A stretch of DNA of 64,000 bases from Eledone cirrhosa. Lineage: Eukaryota. Location of the stretch: NCBI GenBank assembly GCA_964016885.1, contig CAXHJY010001084.1, forward strand, positions 1 through 64,000. Direction: 5' to 3'. The translations under genes were made by a program, and so were the position numbers. The notes beneath the pieces were generated by a model. That model was not told the origin of the DNA and did not search any database. It worked only from the letters and a program-made list of their open reading frames with translations. Shown piece by piece: positions 32,136-44,486 of the stretch (its first letter is position 1; the number at the start of each line of letters is the position of its first letter).

Positions 32136-32333
32136 TGTTTCTACGTTAGGCACAAGGCCAGCAATTACCCAGTGCATTACTGGTACTTTATTTTATCGAC
32201 CCCGTAAGGATGAAAGGCAAAGTTAAGCTCGGCGGGATTTGAACTCAGAATGGCAAGGGCCGTAACTATGCGCCAAAGCATGGCGTCCGACACTCTACCA
32301 ATACTGCCAATCCACCGCCAATACCGCCAATCC
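32136..32333 (-). mobile_element. tRNA-derived SINE with 19-bp TSD
   Basis: Flanked by direct repeat ACCCAGTACCAATAATAAT (32117-32135, 32334-32352); well-preserved core. Confidence 0.85.
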
Positions 32334-32455
32334 ACCCAGTACCAATAATAATGGCTTCAAATTTAGGTAGAAATCATGCAATTTAACCCTTTAACATTTA
32401 CATTACTCTATATTTACTGTTGTATATTCACAGTAAAGGTTTTACCTCACATAAT

Positions 32456-32631
32456 TATCTCACTAGAGAGTCGGACGCCATGCTTTGTAGCATAGAGTTA
32501 TGCCCCTTTATGGTCCGAGTTCAAATCCTGCTGAGGTTAACTTTGCCTTTCATCCTTACGGGGTCGATAAAATAAAGTACCAGTAATGCACTGGGTAATT
32601 TCTGGCCTTGTGCCAAAAGTAGAAACAATAA
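32456..32631 (+). mobile_element. tRNA-derived SINE with 14-bp TSD, inserted in a piggyBac-type MITE
   Basis: TSD TTACCTCACATAAT (32442-32455, 32632-32645); the flanks rejoin to match the intact MITE at 47583-47746. Confidence 0.85.
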
Positions 32632-32694
32632 TTACCTCACATAATATCGAATCTATGAGATTTTGATATTTATTTTGAGAACAATACCTTAACA

Positions 32695-34740
32695 TCAGTT
32701 ACAGGCGGTGCCTACTAACTGAAGGTTTCGCTGTGGGGTTCGCTTTGCAAGGCGGGTCTTCTGTATTACTGCGTAGCACCAAAGATCTCGGTCCAAAGAT
32801 CTCAGTGACATTGTCTTAGAGAGGTGTAAGTGTGTAAGGTCGGAATTTATCAAATCGTCCCAGGTTATTCTGGGTCGACTTACTCTGTAACTTCCCTCAA
32901 TTTTGATCACCCAGCACTTTTTTATACAACTGTCATCTTTCATGCGCATCACATGACCATACCAACGTAGTCTTCTCTCGAGTAAACAGTATCTGATCCC
33001 TCTTATTCCTAATTTCTCACTTAGTTCATTTATGCTTTACCGTTCACGTATATTACTATTACACATCCAACAAAGCATGCATGCTTCGTTCCTCTCCAAT
33101 CTGCGCAGATCCTCTAGACACAATGCCCATGTCTCACTGCCATGTAACATTGCTGTTCATATACAGGCATCATACAATCTGCCTTTCATTTTTAGAGAGA
33201 AACCTTTAGTGGCCAATAGTGGTTTAAGCTCTCTGAACTTTTTCCATCCCGTTCTGACTCTGGCTACTGTACTTTCAGAGCACCCTCCACCACTGCTGAT
33301 TTTGTCACCCAGGTAACGGAAGGTGTCCACTATTTCTATAGAACCATCTGGGCAATAGAAGGAGCTAGTATCCTGTGGGCACTTGCTACTTATTGTACCT
33401 GAGCATCGGCCATATATAAAATCTATGTTCTTAGATAGCTTACCTGTGATCCCACTACATTCTTTATGTACCCATACTTTGCATTTGGGACATAAAATGG
33501 AATTTCTGCCTACTCCTTTCCTACACACTCAGCATGGCCATTTCCCAGAGGGTACCTGTGCCCTATTTTCCTTTCTACATACTAGAACTTTAGTCTTAGA
33601 CAAGTTAACTTTAAGGCCTTTTGATTCTAGGCCATGTTTGGAATTTCTTCTCTAGTTCGGCCATAGATTCAGCTATGAGAGTTAGATCATCTGCGTATAG
33701 AAGTTCCCTTGGGCAGCCAGTCTTGAACTCCTCTGTTATAGCTTGAAGTGCAATAATAAATAGGAGGGGGCTAAGGACAGAGCCTTGATGAACACCAACT
33801 TTTACGCTAAATTCTTCACTATATTCGTTGTTAATTCTAACCTTGCTGACTGTTTCTTTATACATGGCTTGTATAGCTCTCACAAGCCATTCATCAACAC
33901 CTAGTTTTCTAAGAGCCCACCAGATAATGGAGCGGGGAACTCTGTCAAAGGCTTTCTCCAAGTCAACAAAAGCTAAGTATAGGGGTTTACTTTTAGCTAG
34001 GTACTTTTCCTGTAGTTGTCGTACAAGGAAAAGAGCGTCTGTGGTACTTTTACCTGACACAAACCCAAACTGATTTCATCTAGATCAGTTCGCTCTCTGA
34101 CTAGTTGCTCTATAACTCTTTCTGTGACCTTCATGACCTGGTCAACCAATTTAATGCCTCTATAGTTTCCCCTATCTAGGGCATCTCCTTTACCCTTGTA
34201 GCAGTTAATGATGATGCTGCTATGCCAGTCATTTGGTATGACCCCATTCTGTATGAATTGGTTTACTATCCGGGTGACCATAGTGTGTCCCACCATTACA
34301 GATGCTTTCAGCATTTCGGCAACTATCTCCGAAGGCCCAGCTGCTTTGCCTGTCTTCATATCTTTGATTGCCTTACTTACTATACTACCTTTAACTTGCA
34401 CTGCTGGTCCCTCTATTGGATTGATTTGAGGCAGACTATCTTTGTCCCATTTATTCTCCTCATTTAGTAGTCTCTTGTAGTGACACTTCCAAGCTACCTT
34501 CTTATCAGCATCAGTGATGACAAGTACACCATCATCATTACGGACACACTTCTCCCCGACAATATCACAGTTTTCCTTTACACATTGTCTTGCAATCCTG
34601 AACGCCTCACGTTTTTGGTCCTCGCGCTGTAGAACATGCTTGAACTTTCTTTCCTCTGCTTCCCCTCTTTCAAAGTACACTTGTCTCCTAGCTTCTCTCC
34701 TGGCCACTTGATAGTGTTCTCTACTTCCCCCATTCTTGCA
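32695..34740 (-). pseudogene. Older RTE LINE copy, frameshifted RT/PHD region
   Basis: Four ORF pieces collinear with 9586-11607 but diverged and broken; family 3' UTR absent. Confidence 0.9.
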
Positions 34741-35000
34741 AAAGAGGGAGGGGCACAGTGTGGGTGATCGGGTGCTTTAGCGTTGGAAAAGTTTTAGAAT
34801 GAAAATGAATCAACTGGGGAAGAATTAGACTACCAAAATGTTGATAAGAGAAAAATTAACGCTGCAGGGTTTCTGGTGGATGAGTGACTAGATATTAAGC
34901 AAACAGAAAGGAAGAGATGGAGTTTAATATTGCAAAGTGTACTGCCCTGACTATGAAGAGAAGTAGGCTTGTATATAGTGGTGGGATTGAGTTACTTTGA

Positions 35001-35290
35001 GTGACCCTGGAGCTTGAGAAAGTTCTAAATGAGATGAAAGGAAATATGAAGGAAGTCTATCTAAATTGGTTAGAACTGCTACTGAAAACGAAATTGTATG
35101 AGAAGAACTTGATTATCGCTATCAATATCTGGGCTGTGTCTGTTATTAGACACAGGGCGGCTATTTTTGATTGGACCAATGAAGAAATAGAGAAGTTAGA
35201 TAGACTAACCTGTAAAAAAAATGGTTGACAATAGTGCATTGCACCCAAAGGCAAATGTCATAAGGCTATGTACACTGCAGAACATAAGAG
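35001..35290 (+). pseudogene. Degraded R4/Dong-type RT C-terminal fragment
   Basis: IAINIWAVSVIRHRAAIFDWTNEEIEKLDRLTCKK aligns by eye to IAHNTYAVPILTPTFGLLNWSLQELSEMDVRTRKL of the 53.8-kb element. Confidence 0.6.
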
Positions 35291-36791
35291 GTTGCGGACA
35301 AAGCTGGGGGGGGGGGGGGGGGGGGCTTTTAGTTCTGCTCCTGTTACAACAGTCTGCTAAACTTCTTAAACTCCTGCTTCGTCCTGGATTAAATTAAATT
35401 CTTAGGAGGAGAAATTTCATCATCTTTCACCACTTCAGGAAGCAAAGCGGAAGTAGGTGGGTGATGGAGCATCAGGTGAGAAATTCCTCACCGGAATCTT
35501 GGTCAGAATGCTTGCAACAGAGTATCCCAGAAGTCTTGACCCTTCCTCGTTTTTTTTTTCTACCATACTTGTATCCTCCATGTACTCTAGGGAAGCTGTT
35601 CTAGTGTTTCTTAATGCTCACTGTAAGATGGTTGGCCATAGGAAGGACAGTTTGCTATAGAAGCTATGCCAAAATGGTCAAGAGGACTCTTTAGTTGTGT
35701 CAGGAGCACAACAATCTCTCTAGTGTTGGTGATCAACATGATAAACACACCCAGTGAAAGAGAGAGAATTTTACACAGACAAACATACATTTTCATCATA
35801 AGTCATAAAATTATCAAGCCATAGTGCCTGAGTATTCTGAAAGTTGTGAAGTGAAAAATATCAGCTGATAAAAGATTCACAAAACTACATGTGATTCTTT
35901 CTAAGCTCTTATGTTAAAATAGATGAAGTTAATGAAATACTGCTATAATTGTCTAACCCTTGCTAGCGTGGAAAGTGGACGTTAAACAATGATGACGATG
36001 AATCCAGGTTTGGGATTCATAGTGTTAGATTTCCACCTTGTTGTTGGGTGGAATAAATAATTTTATTTTTTTGATGTTTCTGTCCCATTAAAACTTGTAG
36101 TGTTTAAAAAGATAATTACTTAAAAAATAAACATGTTGCCTGTGTGTGATTTCGCTTTTATGGCTTGAAAACATTGCTAAGCTATGAAGAGAGTTGTATT
36201 TTCATTCAATATAGACTAACATATATGTGTCCGTCCAAACCCATGTAAGCGTGGAAGATGGACGTTAAACGATGATGATGATGATGATGATGTATATGAT
36301 GTCAACAAATTTCAATTTGTACTGATAGATTTGTAATTTTTAGATACAATTTTATGGAGGTCTCAAAAGCAGGTGTCACTATGAGTTATGACATCACTGG
36401 TGCCAACTTGTATTGGCCTTTTCCTTTCCCTTGGACACCATCGGTGGCGAGAGGGGAGACTGGTATGCATGGGTGACTGCGGGTCTTCCACAAAACAACC
36501 TTGCCTGGACTTGTGCCCTGGAGGGGAACTTTCTAGGTGAAAATCCCATGGTGATTCGTGACCGAAGGGTGTCTTTATCTTTTTATCATATTTGTTTACA
36601 GCCAGAGCAAGTCAAAAATTTACACCACTAGCAAACTAGATTACTATTCTACCACAAATAAGGTGTGAAACTCAGTAATATTGAGCAAATAGAAAGAAGA
36701 AACCATATCTCCATATGCAAAAATAATAACAAACAACAAAGCTCATAACTACAAGTACTAGATTCCACCATAATCATTATTTTAGTTCTAA

Positions 36792-37030
36792 CTAGCAGAA
36801 TGGCCCAGCGTTGCTCAGGATTTGCTCCAGGGTTCTTATATATTCGATATATATTTATCCTTATCGAGCCTTGTGAAATAAATACGTTTGTTTATATTTT
36901 GTTATTGTGTATGCAAAAATATCTGTACACGAATATATAATTATATATATATATATATATATAAAACAGTACAGAGAAGTACGGAATACCTCGGCCTCAG
37001 GATGGTGTCTACATTTTGTGCTTATAAAGA
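36792..37030 (-). mobile_element. Short non-autonomous Helitron-like element
   Basis: Minus strand A|TCTTTATAAG...CCTGAGCAACGCTGGGC...GCTAG|T; 3' end resembles 49519-49547. Confidence 0.5.
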
Positions 37031-38949
37031 TAATATCAAGAAGAGTATGAATCTATCTGTATAACTGTCGAATTGTATTAAGCTTAGCAGTAATAGACAA
37101 AATGGATGGAAAAAGGATAAAATAAAAACTAAGGCCACATGATAGTTCAGCATACAAAATTTAGATGATATAAAATGACTAAACAATTAATTCTCAAATG
37201 AGTTCTAAAGATGACTATGATAAAAATCAAAGAGCTAGTTAGTAACAAAATCCTAGTGCTATATAGGAAGTCATTTTTCTTGATATATAGAAATAAACAG
37301 GATAAGTTGATACTGTATCCTTGATGCAAGCAATGATTACTTACAATGGGCAATGGAATCACTTGCAAAATGACAGAAAATAGGATCATTTGATGTGATC
37401 AATATACAGTTATAGTTAATAGTATCTGTTATTGAGGTGGTCAAATTAGTGCTGAAGGTGGCTGCAGTGAAAGTATAGGAACTGGACTCAGAGAGGAATG
37501 GAACATATTCATATAGTTATTTGCCTCCTTTAACAACAAATTGTGTCTTTTTTTTACATGAAAACTATGGTATGAGGCATGTGTGAAAAAGTATCATGCT
37601 ACATGATGGCAAAACATGGCTAAACCTGTGCTCTGAGAATAAAGACATTTCCAATATTTGTTCTATGTGGAGTTATAGACATTTCTGTCTCTGATGTCCT
37701 CCAAAATGCAGTGACCCATGATCGACCCATTAAAAATGTAACCAAGGGATATAAAACAAAAACATTTTTTTAGTCTTTTAAATTATACTAAATAAAACAA
37801 TACAAAGTCTGTTAGATGATCGTTTTGGTGCCACAATGAAAAAGCACACAGTCCACCCTGTTAAATGATCATTTTGGTGCCACAATGAAAAATACACTTT
37901 CTCTTCTTCAACTAGTCACTACCTTCAATTCTATATTTATATCTGCATGTTATCTTTCTGATAAATGAGTCATTAAACCTTTCTAATTTTCTATTGGCAC
38001 ATTTATGACTTGACTGAGTGGATGAATGATTGACTGATTTTAAATAATAAGCAAGTGGCTGAGAAAAAAAGAGTGTCATATCTAGCCATTGCTTGGTGAA
38101 CCAACCACATTTTATGTGAATGGATGCAAATAATATTTTTTTTTTGCTTGATTAATGAAAGATTAAAAGTTAACATATCTTTTTATCTTTCTTTCTTATC
38201 TTTCATTTCTACAAATATTCTGGAGTGCTTGATAATATAATTTCACAATTTAGGTGTCTAGATCTTTTTTCTTTGTCACTAAGTCACAATCTTGCATCCC
38301 ATTTCCACACTGGCATGGGTTAGATAGGTTGTCACGATGGGTTGGGCAACTCATCTTACTCATTACGTTCCACATTTGGCATCATTTCTATGGCTAGAAT
38401 TCTATACTTAATGACAACCACCTTACAGGGTGTCCCAGGTGTGTTTTTCATGACAACTACTACCACTTGACTGAGTACACTGGGTGTATTTTATCGTGGT
38501 ACCAACACTAGATAGTTGTCACATACTAGGATAAACTGAAGAGTCTTCTCAAATCCTATATTATCTATTTTGCATTTTTTTTTTAATCTAAAATCTGCTG
38601 TTACGGGTTAGATAAAAAAAAATGTTATTTCGTTTAGTTGTATTTCTTTTTTCATGAATCCATCATCATCACTAAACAAATCAAGTCAGGTGACCATGTC
38701 TTGCTCTGTTTCTGGCTTCGTTTCTATGGCTTGATGCCCTTCCTAACACCCAAAACATTACTAATTTGTTCTCTTCATATTTCATTCTCCCATCCTTCCT
38801 TTCACTCTGTCTTCCTCCCATCCTTTGTCCTCTTTTCTATCTATTCTTCTCTCTCTCTCTTTTCTGTTATTCTCCTTCATTCTCTTTTTCAACCAACCAC
38901 TACCTTCAATTCTATATATCTAAATGTTATCTTTGATTAGCAGAAGAAA

Positions 38950-39335
38950 GAAGTTGAGAAACATTATTGAGAGTTGATGAATGTGGAGAATGAATGGAAG
39001 GAAGAGAGATACTCCCAACAGACTCAACAGAGGGGCCAGCTATTGAATCTAACAATTATAGGGTGAAAGAAGCAATAAAACAAAATGGAAAAGCTAGCTA
39101 CAGTCAAGGATAGTTGCTGAGATGTTGAAACCATCTGATGAAGTAGGAGTCAAGCTATTCACCCACATAATCAATCAAGTGATACATGGTGGTTTCATAC
39201 ACAATGACTGATGGAGCATGTTCATTATTTGTTACAAGGGAAAAGGTGATGCACTTGTCAAGAACAACTACAGAGGCATAAGACTGATGGATCAAGTTAT
39301 GAAAGTGACAGAAAGAGTTTGGGCACAACTAATAA
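38950..39335 (+). pseudogene. Highly degraded RTE RT relic
   Basis: Recognisable VAEMLK and [27 protein letters not shown] codons. Confidence 0.75.
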
Positions 39336-39936
39336 GCAGCTAAATATCCCACAAATTACACCCCTTCTGTGATGAAAAAGGAATGACAAATTAGATAATA
39401 TAATCCTAGATGTGCAATGTCTTAGAGAAGGACTGAATGGTTACAGCTAGAACATCCTTAACTGCTGACCTAGGGCTAAACAACAACAAAAGCCGTCCAG
39501 AACTTCCTTCCTGTCCACGTTTTCTCCACCTGTAAAGTAAAACCCCAACTATATTGATCTCACAAGTTCAATAGGGTTTAAAAAGGGCTATGGATAATGT
39601 TTCCTCTGAAATAATAAAATAATAGAAAAAAATTAAATGAAAAGGTATAGATTATATTTTTTAACATGTCTATGACACAACTAAAGTGTCTTGCCAACCC
39701 TTTGTTTCATAAGTGAAAAAAAAAAAAATAGGTCTCACTTTCAAAAAATATATAAAGGAAAAATAAAATTGCACTACAACTGTCATAACAATGACAAACT
39801 ACCTAGATTTACAGGATTGATCAACCCTAGACATTGGAATAGTTACACATTCTAAATTGTAGGAATTAATAAAGTGTAAAAAATATATTAATGTCACAAT
39901 GACCTTCTGTTGTTTATTGTTAGCTATCATATTTAA

Positions 39937-40148
39937 CCCTTGTGATAGCAAGCCACCTAACAATGCCTCTGGTTCTACAATATTAAGCTGTTTATTCTAA
40001 AGTGTATATATTTATCAACAAACTTTTTATCATAATTTTATGTAATAATTTAGTTAAATTATACAACAAACACCAGCTTAGTAAATCCCTCCAAATTCTC
40101 GACTATTCAAAAAGCTACGTCTTTCATTAGAAATATGTAATGAAAGGG
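39937..40148. mobile_element. piggyBac-type MITE (family A)
   Basis: TTAA|CCCTT...AAAGGG|TTAA; related partial copies at about 17881, 20218, 43670 and 46202. Confidence 0.7.
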
Positions 40149-40724
40149 TTAAAGCAGACAAATTATATATATAGAAAGAGAGGGGGTGGGGTGAGAGGGA
40201 GGGAGAGAGAGAAAGAGAGTGACATGTTGGTATTCCTATGTTGGAGGTGGTGTCATGTTGGTATTCCTTGTTTTGTCTTTAGCCTCTTACTCATTTAGAC
40301 AACGTTTGGCTTATGTCAAACGCTGTGACATGGGATGAACGAGTAGTAGTACCATTAGTAGGAGTCAAAACTGCTAAGTCCATCTCAACAGCCAATAACC
40401 ATGGAGTTCTGTGTCCATTTGTATATTATTTTTAAAAAATAATTATTTAAGATTTCCCCTTAAAAAATTGTTTTACATTTTGTTTCTGCTCATTGTCTTG
40501 CCCTTTCTTTGCTAATTTTCTTATGTTTATATATATATAAATATATAATCCCACCAAGAATATGAATGAAAGACACCGACTCTCTCTCCATATTTGCTTC
40601 TGCCAACCATTATGTTCCGTCTCCATCACCCATATCCATACATAAGACCAATACCATCATGTTCTCGTCTCATGTGATTTAGCTGTCCTTCACAACTCGC
40701 CCTCATACTTCTCATATTACTTGA

Positions 40725-40778
<54 letters not shown>

Positions 40779-40782
<4 letters not shown>

Positions 40783-41339
40783 GTTGGTGCATAATTATTG
40801 CGGATTTTTTTCAACAAATTTTATTTAACAAAAACATTAACAATATTTAACAAAAACATCTTTAAATGGCGGTCGGGTTTTTCTCTTTTCAGAATGTGCA
40901 TCGAAAATCCTATCCTCATTCGTCATATTATGCTCTACCACTTCGAGAAAGGTTGGAATGCAGCCTCAGTCATTTCGCAATCTCAATGAACTTTTTGGTG
41001 AAGGAACAATCAGCAAAAGCCAAGTTGAAAGATGGTTCAGGAGGTTCAAATCGGGCGATACAAACCTCGCAGATGAAGAAGGAAGAGGTCGACCATCAAA
41101 TTTCAATGACCAGGCACTTTTGGCAGCAGCGGAAGAGGACGAAAGCTTGACAACGAGAATGTTGGCCGAAGACTTCAATGTGGACCATTCGACCATCGTT
41201 CGTCGTCTCAAAAAGCTCAGAAAGCTCGGAAATTGGCTGGGTGGGTCCCCCACGAACTCTCCGATAACAACAAAGCCGAACGTCTTTTATTGAATAAAAT
41301 TTGTTGAAAAAAGGCCGCAATAATTATGCACCAACCCAA
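40779..41339 (+). mobile_element. Internally deleted mariner transposon (TIR resembles Hsmar1/cecropia type)
   Basis: TIR TTGGGTTGGTGCATAATTATTGCGG (25 bp perfect, imperfectly extended to about 50 bp), TA flanks within a (TA)n tract. Confidence 0.93.
40894..41283 (+). pseudogene. Mariner transposase N-terminal DNA-binding domain remnant
   Basis: MCIENPILIRHIMLYHFEKGWNAA /frameshift/ ...VERWFRRFKSGDTNLADEEGRGRP...TTRMLAEDFNVDHSTIVRRLKK /frameshift/ WVPHEL (41242-41259); DD34D catalytic domain absent. Confidence 0.88.
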
Positions 41340-41699
41340 TATATACAAAATGCACACATACATGCATATGCATGCACATATATACATGCACACGTACATG
41401 CATGTGCACTCATACATACACACACATTCATGCACACACACACACATACAGACACACGTGTACACATACCTACATGTAATCACATGCACAACGATACTTA
41501 ACACAAGCAAAATACAACCATGTAACAATCATTGTTTTCTGTTCCCTCATACATTTTCCCTGTTACACATATATAATACTCTCCCCTCCTTCAACAGTCG
41601 AATTACACACTTTGGCATGTTTGCTATGAAAGAACCAAAACAATATAGAATGGAGAAAAAGAATTTTGCCTCATGAGGACCAGGCAACTTCACTAGAGT

Positions 41700-41905
41700 T
41701 AGTCTTCTTCTTACTCTTATTGCCCAATAAGCCACAGAGCATAAAAGGATCCTTGTCTTCAATTTACACAATCAGCTGCGACATCTTGCATAGTTTCCCA
41801 GTCCAGTCCAATCTTCTGGAGATCTTCTTTGAAAGTTGAGTGCCAAGTTTTCTTGGTCTCCCTTTTTTCCACTTACCACCAACTGGGATCCATCTCATTG
41901 CCACA
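41700..41905 (-). pseudogene. RTE-like ORF2 C-terminal relic (another family)
   Basis: Minus strand AMRWIPVGGKWKKGRPR.TWHSTFKEDLQKIGLDWE. Confidence 0.6.
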
Positions 41906-42250
41906 GAGGGGTCCCAGTACTATGATAAAATGCACCAAGTGTACTCTGTAAAGTAGTTGATGATTGAAGATTCCATAAGGTAGAGAGGTGTTTTTAGTTT
42001 TGTCAAGGACACACCAACCACTCTCATGCTGGTGCCTCAATAAAATGCACTCAGAATATTCTAAGTTTCTCACACCAAATGTTAGGAAGGGCATCTGGTC
42101 GTAGAACTCATACAAAATATTAGACCATACAAGCAAGACAGTTTATTACCCCACCAGAAGCCATCTGGGAGAGCAGTAACTCTAAATAAGAATCCATGTA
42201 ACCCATACCAACATGACAAGTAGATGTAAAATGTAGATGATTATTATTAT

Positions 42251-42655
42251 AAGGGCGGTGAATTGGCAATATCAATAGAGTGTCAGACAACATGTTTTGT
42301 GGCACAGTTATGGCTCTTTACGTTCTGAGTTCAAAACTCGCTGAGGTTAGCTTTGCCTTTCATCCTTACATGGTCGGTAAAATAAAGTACCAGTAACATA
42401 CTGGTGTTGATTTAATTGACTTTTCCCTCCTTAAAAATTGTTGGCCTTAAGCCTAAATCAGAAACCATTATTATTGGCAGTATCAGTAGAACGTTAGACA
42501 ACATGGTTTGCGGCATAGAGTAACAGCCCTTTACATTCTGAGTTCAAATCCTGCCAAAGTCAACTTTTACTTTCATCCTTTCTTGGACGATAAAATAAAG
42601 TACCACTCAAGAACTGGAGTCGATATAATCGACTTTCCCTTACCCCAAAATTATA
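42251..42655 (+). mobile_element. Two tandem tRNA-derived SINEs
   Basis: First copy near full length: A-box-like GGCGGTGAATTGGC, B-box-like GAGTTCAAA, GCCTTTCATCCTT core, AT-rich tail. Confidence 0.78.
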
Positions 42656-43406
42656 TGGTTAAGAAGTTTACTTGCAATCATGTGGTTTAGAGTTCAATCC
42701 CACTGCATAGCACCATGAGCAAGTATTTTCTACTACACCACATTTTGATAATAAAGTCATATCAATGATTAAAGCATTCATACAACTTTCAATTTAAATC
42801 TGAGATGACATTTTTTGACAAAGAACAACACAAAAACTGCAGCTTCACTCTTAGTCAGAGATAAAAAATAGTAACAAACAAAAACAAATTAGTTGAAATA
42901 AATGGCTGCCTGAATACACATGCTTTTTCTAAAAAAAATTGTTTTTCTGTTCCTTCCTCATCTCACAACCTTTCTATTTCTTATACTATCTTCTGATGAA
43001 AATCTACTGTCACAAACAAAGACTCTTTTCCTACTATATCAAGTGTTAAACTAATATATTTCTTCATTGTACTGTGTTGTTTCCTTTGTTTTCCCATTTA
43101 CTTTTTGCATACATTTATTGTATTGCCCTATTTTACAACCTGCTACAGCAGTGAAAATATTACCTGAAGACATCAACTCTTAACACCCTGCATGGTAAGA
43201 AACCATGTTAGCAAAATGTTCTTGACTGCATCACTTTAAAAATTGAAGTCTTTATTTTAATTTATGGCAAATTTTCGCAATGGTAAGGATATATTAAACC
43301 TATTTTTACATATTTTCTGCTAAATTATTACAGTATGCTAACAGCTAAATACAAAATTAAAACATTATCTGAGCAAGAAAGGTTTATTTATGAACAAAAA
43401 ATAATG

Positions 43407-43607
43407 ATTTCTACTTTAGGCACAAAGCCAGCAATTTGAAGGGAAGGGAAAGTTGATTAAACTGATTCCAGTAATTGAATGGTATTTTATTTTATTGACC
43501 CCAGAAAGATGAAAGGCAAATTTGACCCCAGTGGGATTTGAACTCAGAACAGAAGGAGCTGTAACTATATGACACAAAGCATTTTATCTGATACTGCCAA
43601 TCCACAG
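43407..43607 (-). mobile_element. tRNA-derived SINE
   Basis: Same family core. Confidence 0.75.
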
Positions 43608-43850
43608 TAAAACCTTAATGTTATGCATTAAAGTTACAGTCTATGGTCTGCCATGACCAAAGTAGGCCTTTAATCCTTTTGATAAACTGCCTGAAACCTC
43701 CCCCTTTTCTATGATACAAAACTGTCTATTTTAAAGTGTTTATATTTATCTAAAAACCTATCATAATCTTGTGTAAGAATCTTCCTTACTTGAAAACCAT
43801 AGGCAGCAACTTTCATAAGAAATATGATAACAAAATGGTTAAATATGGAA

Positions 43851-44486
43851 CAATGTTTCTTAATCTTTGGTATGTAACTCGGCTCCTACCCATATTTTGC
43901 GAAAAACAGCAAATTATTTTAAACAAACAAAAAGAAAATGTTTGCAGTGGTTTATTTCCTATCTATAATGTGCCTCCAGCATGTGCTTCCATTTAGATAT
44001 TTACAGTCGTTTTGGGAAATTACTAAAGAAAGTACATCATTAGTCATGTTTCTGCTTACTGATAATGTAATGTATTATTCATACTAACTCTGACAAAGAT
44101 TTTTCTGAAAATGTGTTTAAAAAATAAGTATTGTACCTGGGTTAACCCTTTCAAAACCATATCTCTAATGAAACACACTACCTATTATTTTCAAATAATT
44201 TGGAAAATAACCAAGAATTTAGAGGTGTTTAGTAATATAACTAAACTGGACATTATTAAGCTGGTATTTGGAACATAGCATGATGGTTCTTACATGAAAG
44301 TATGATGGACGGTTTTTATTAAAATAAAATACAATACTAGGTGAAGTTTCATGCAATTTGGTATCAAAAGGGTTAAATATTTTATTTCTAAGAAAAATCA
44401 TAACCCCTTCACATACACAGTGCCACCCCACCACCTCTAACATTTACTATCCCATTGAAAACTCACAATGCCTTTAAGAACCACTG
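43851..44486. mobile_element. Old hAT-like MITE containing a nested piggyBac-type MITE (44146-44372)
   Basis: Outer ends CAATGTTTCTTAA / TTAAGAACCACTG with a 5/8 TSD match; inner TTAA|CCCTTT...AAAGGG|TTAA. Confidence 0.5.

Noticed and set aside
39493-39545. Minus-strand acceptor TTTTACTTTACAG followed by purine-rich sequence
   Set aside because: Runs into a repeat tail after about 40 nt with no donor.
42251-42345. tRNA gene
   Set aside because: A/B-box-like head of a SINE; no cloverleaf.
42985-43050. CTGATGA as a further hammerhead
   Set aside because: No GAAA core or complementary stem I; at best a decayed relic.
43158-43200. Plus-strand mini-exon (CAG...G|GTAAGA)
   Set aside because: Stops in all three frames; cannot be supported without transcript data.
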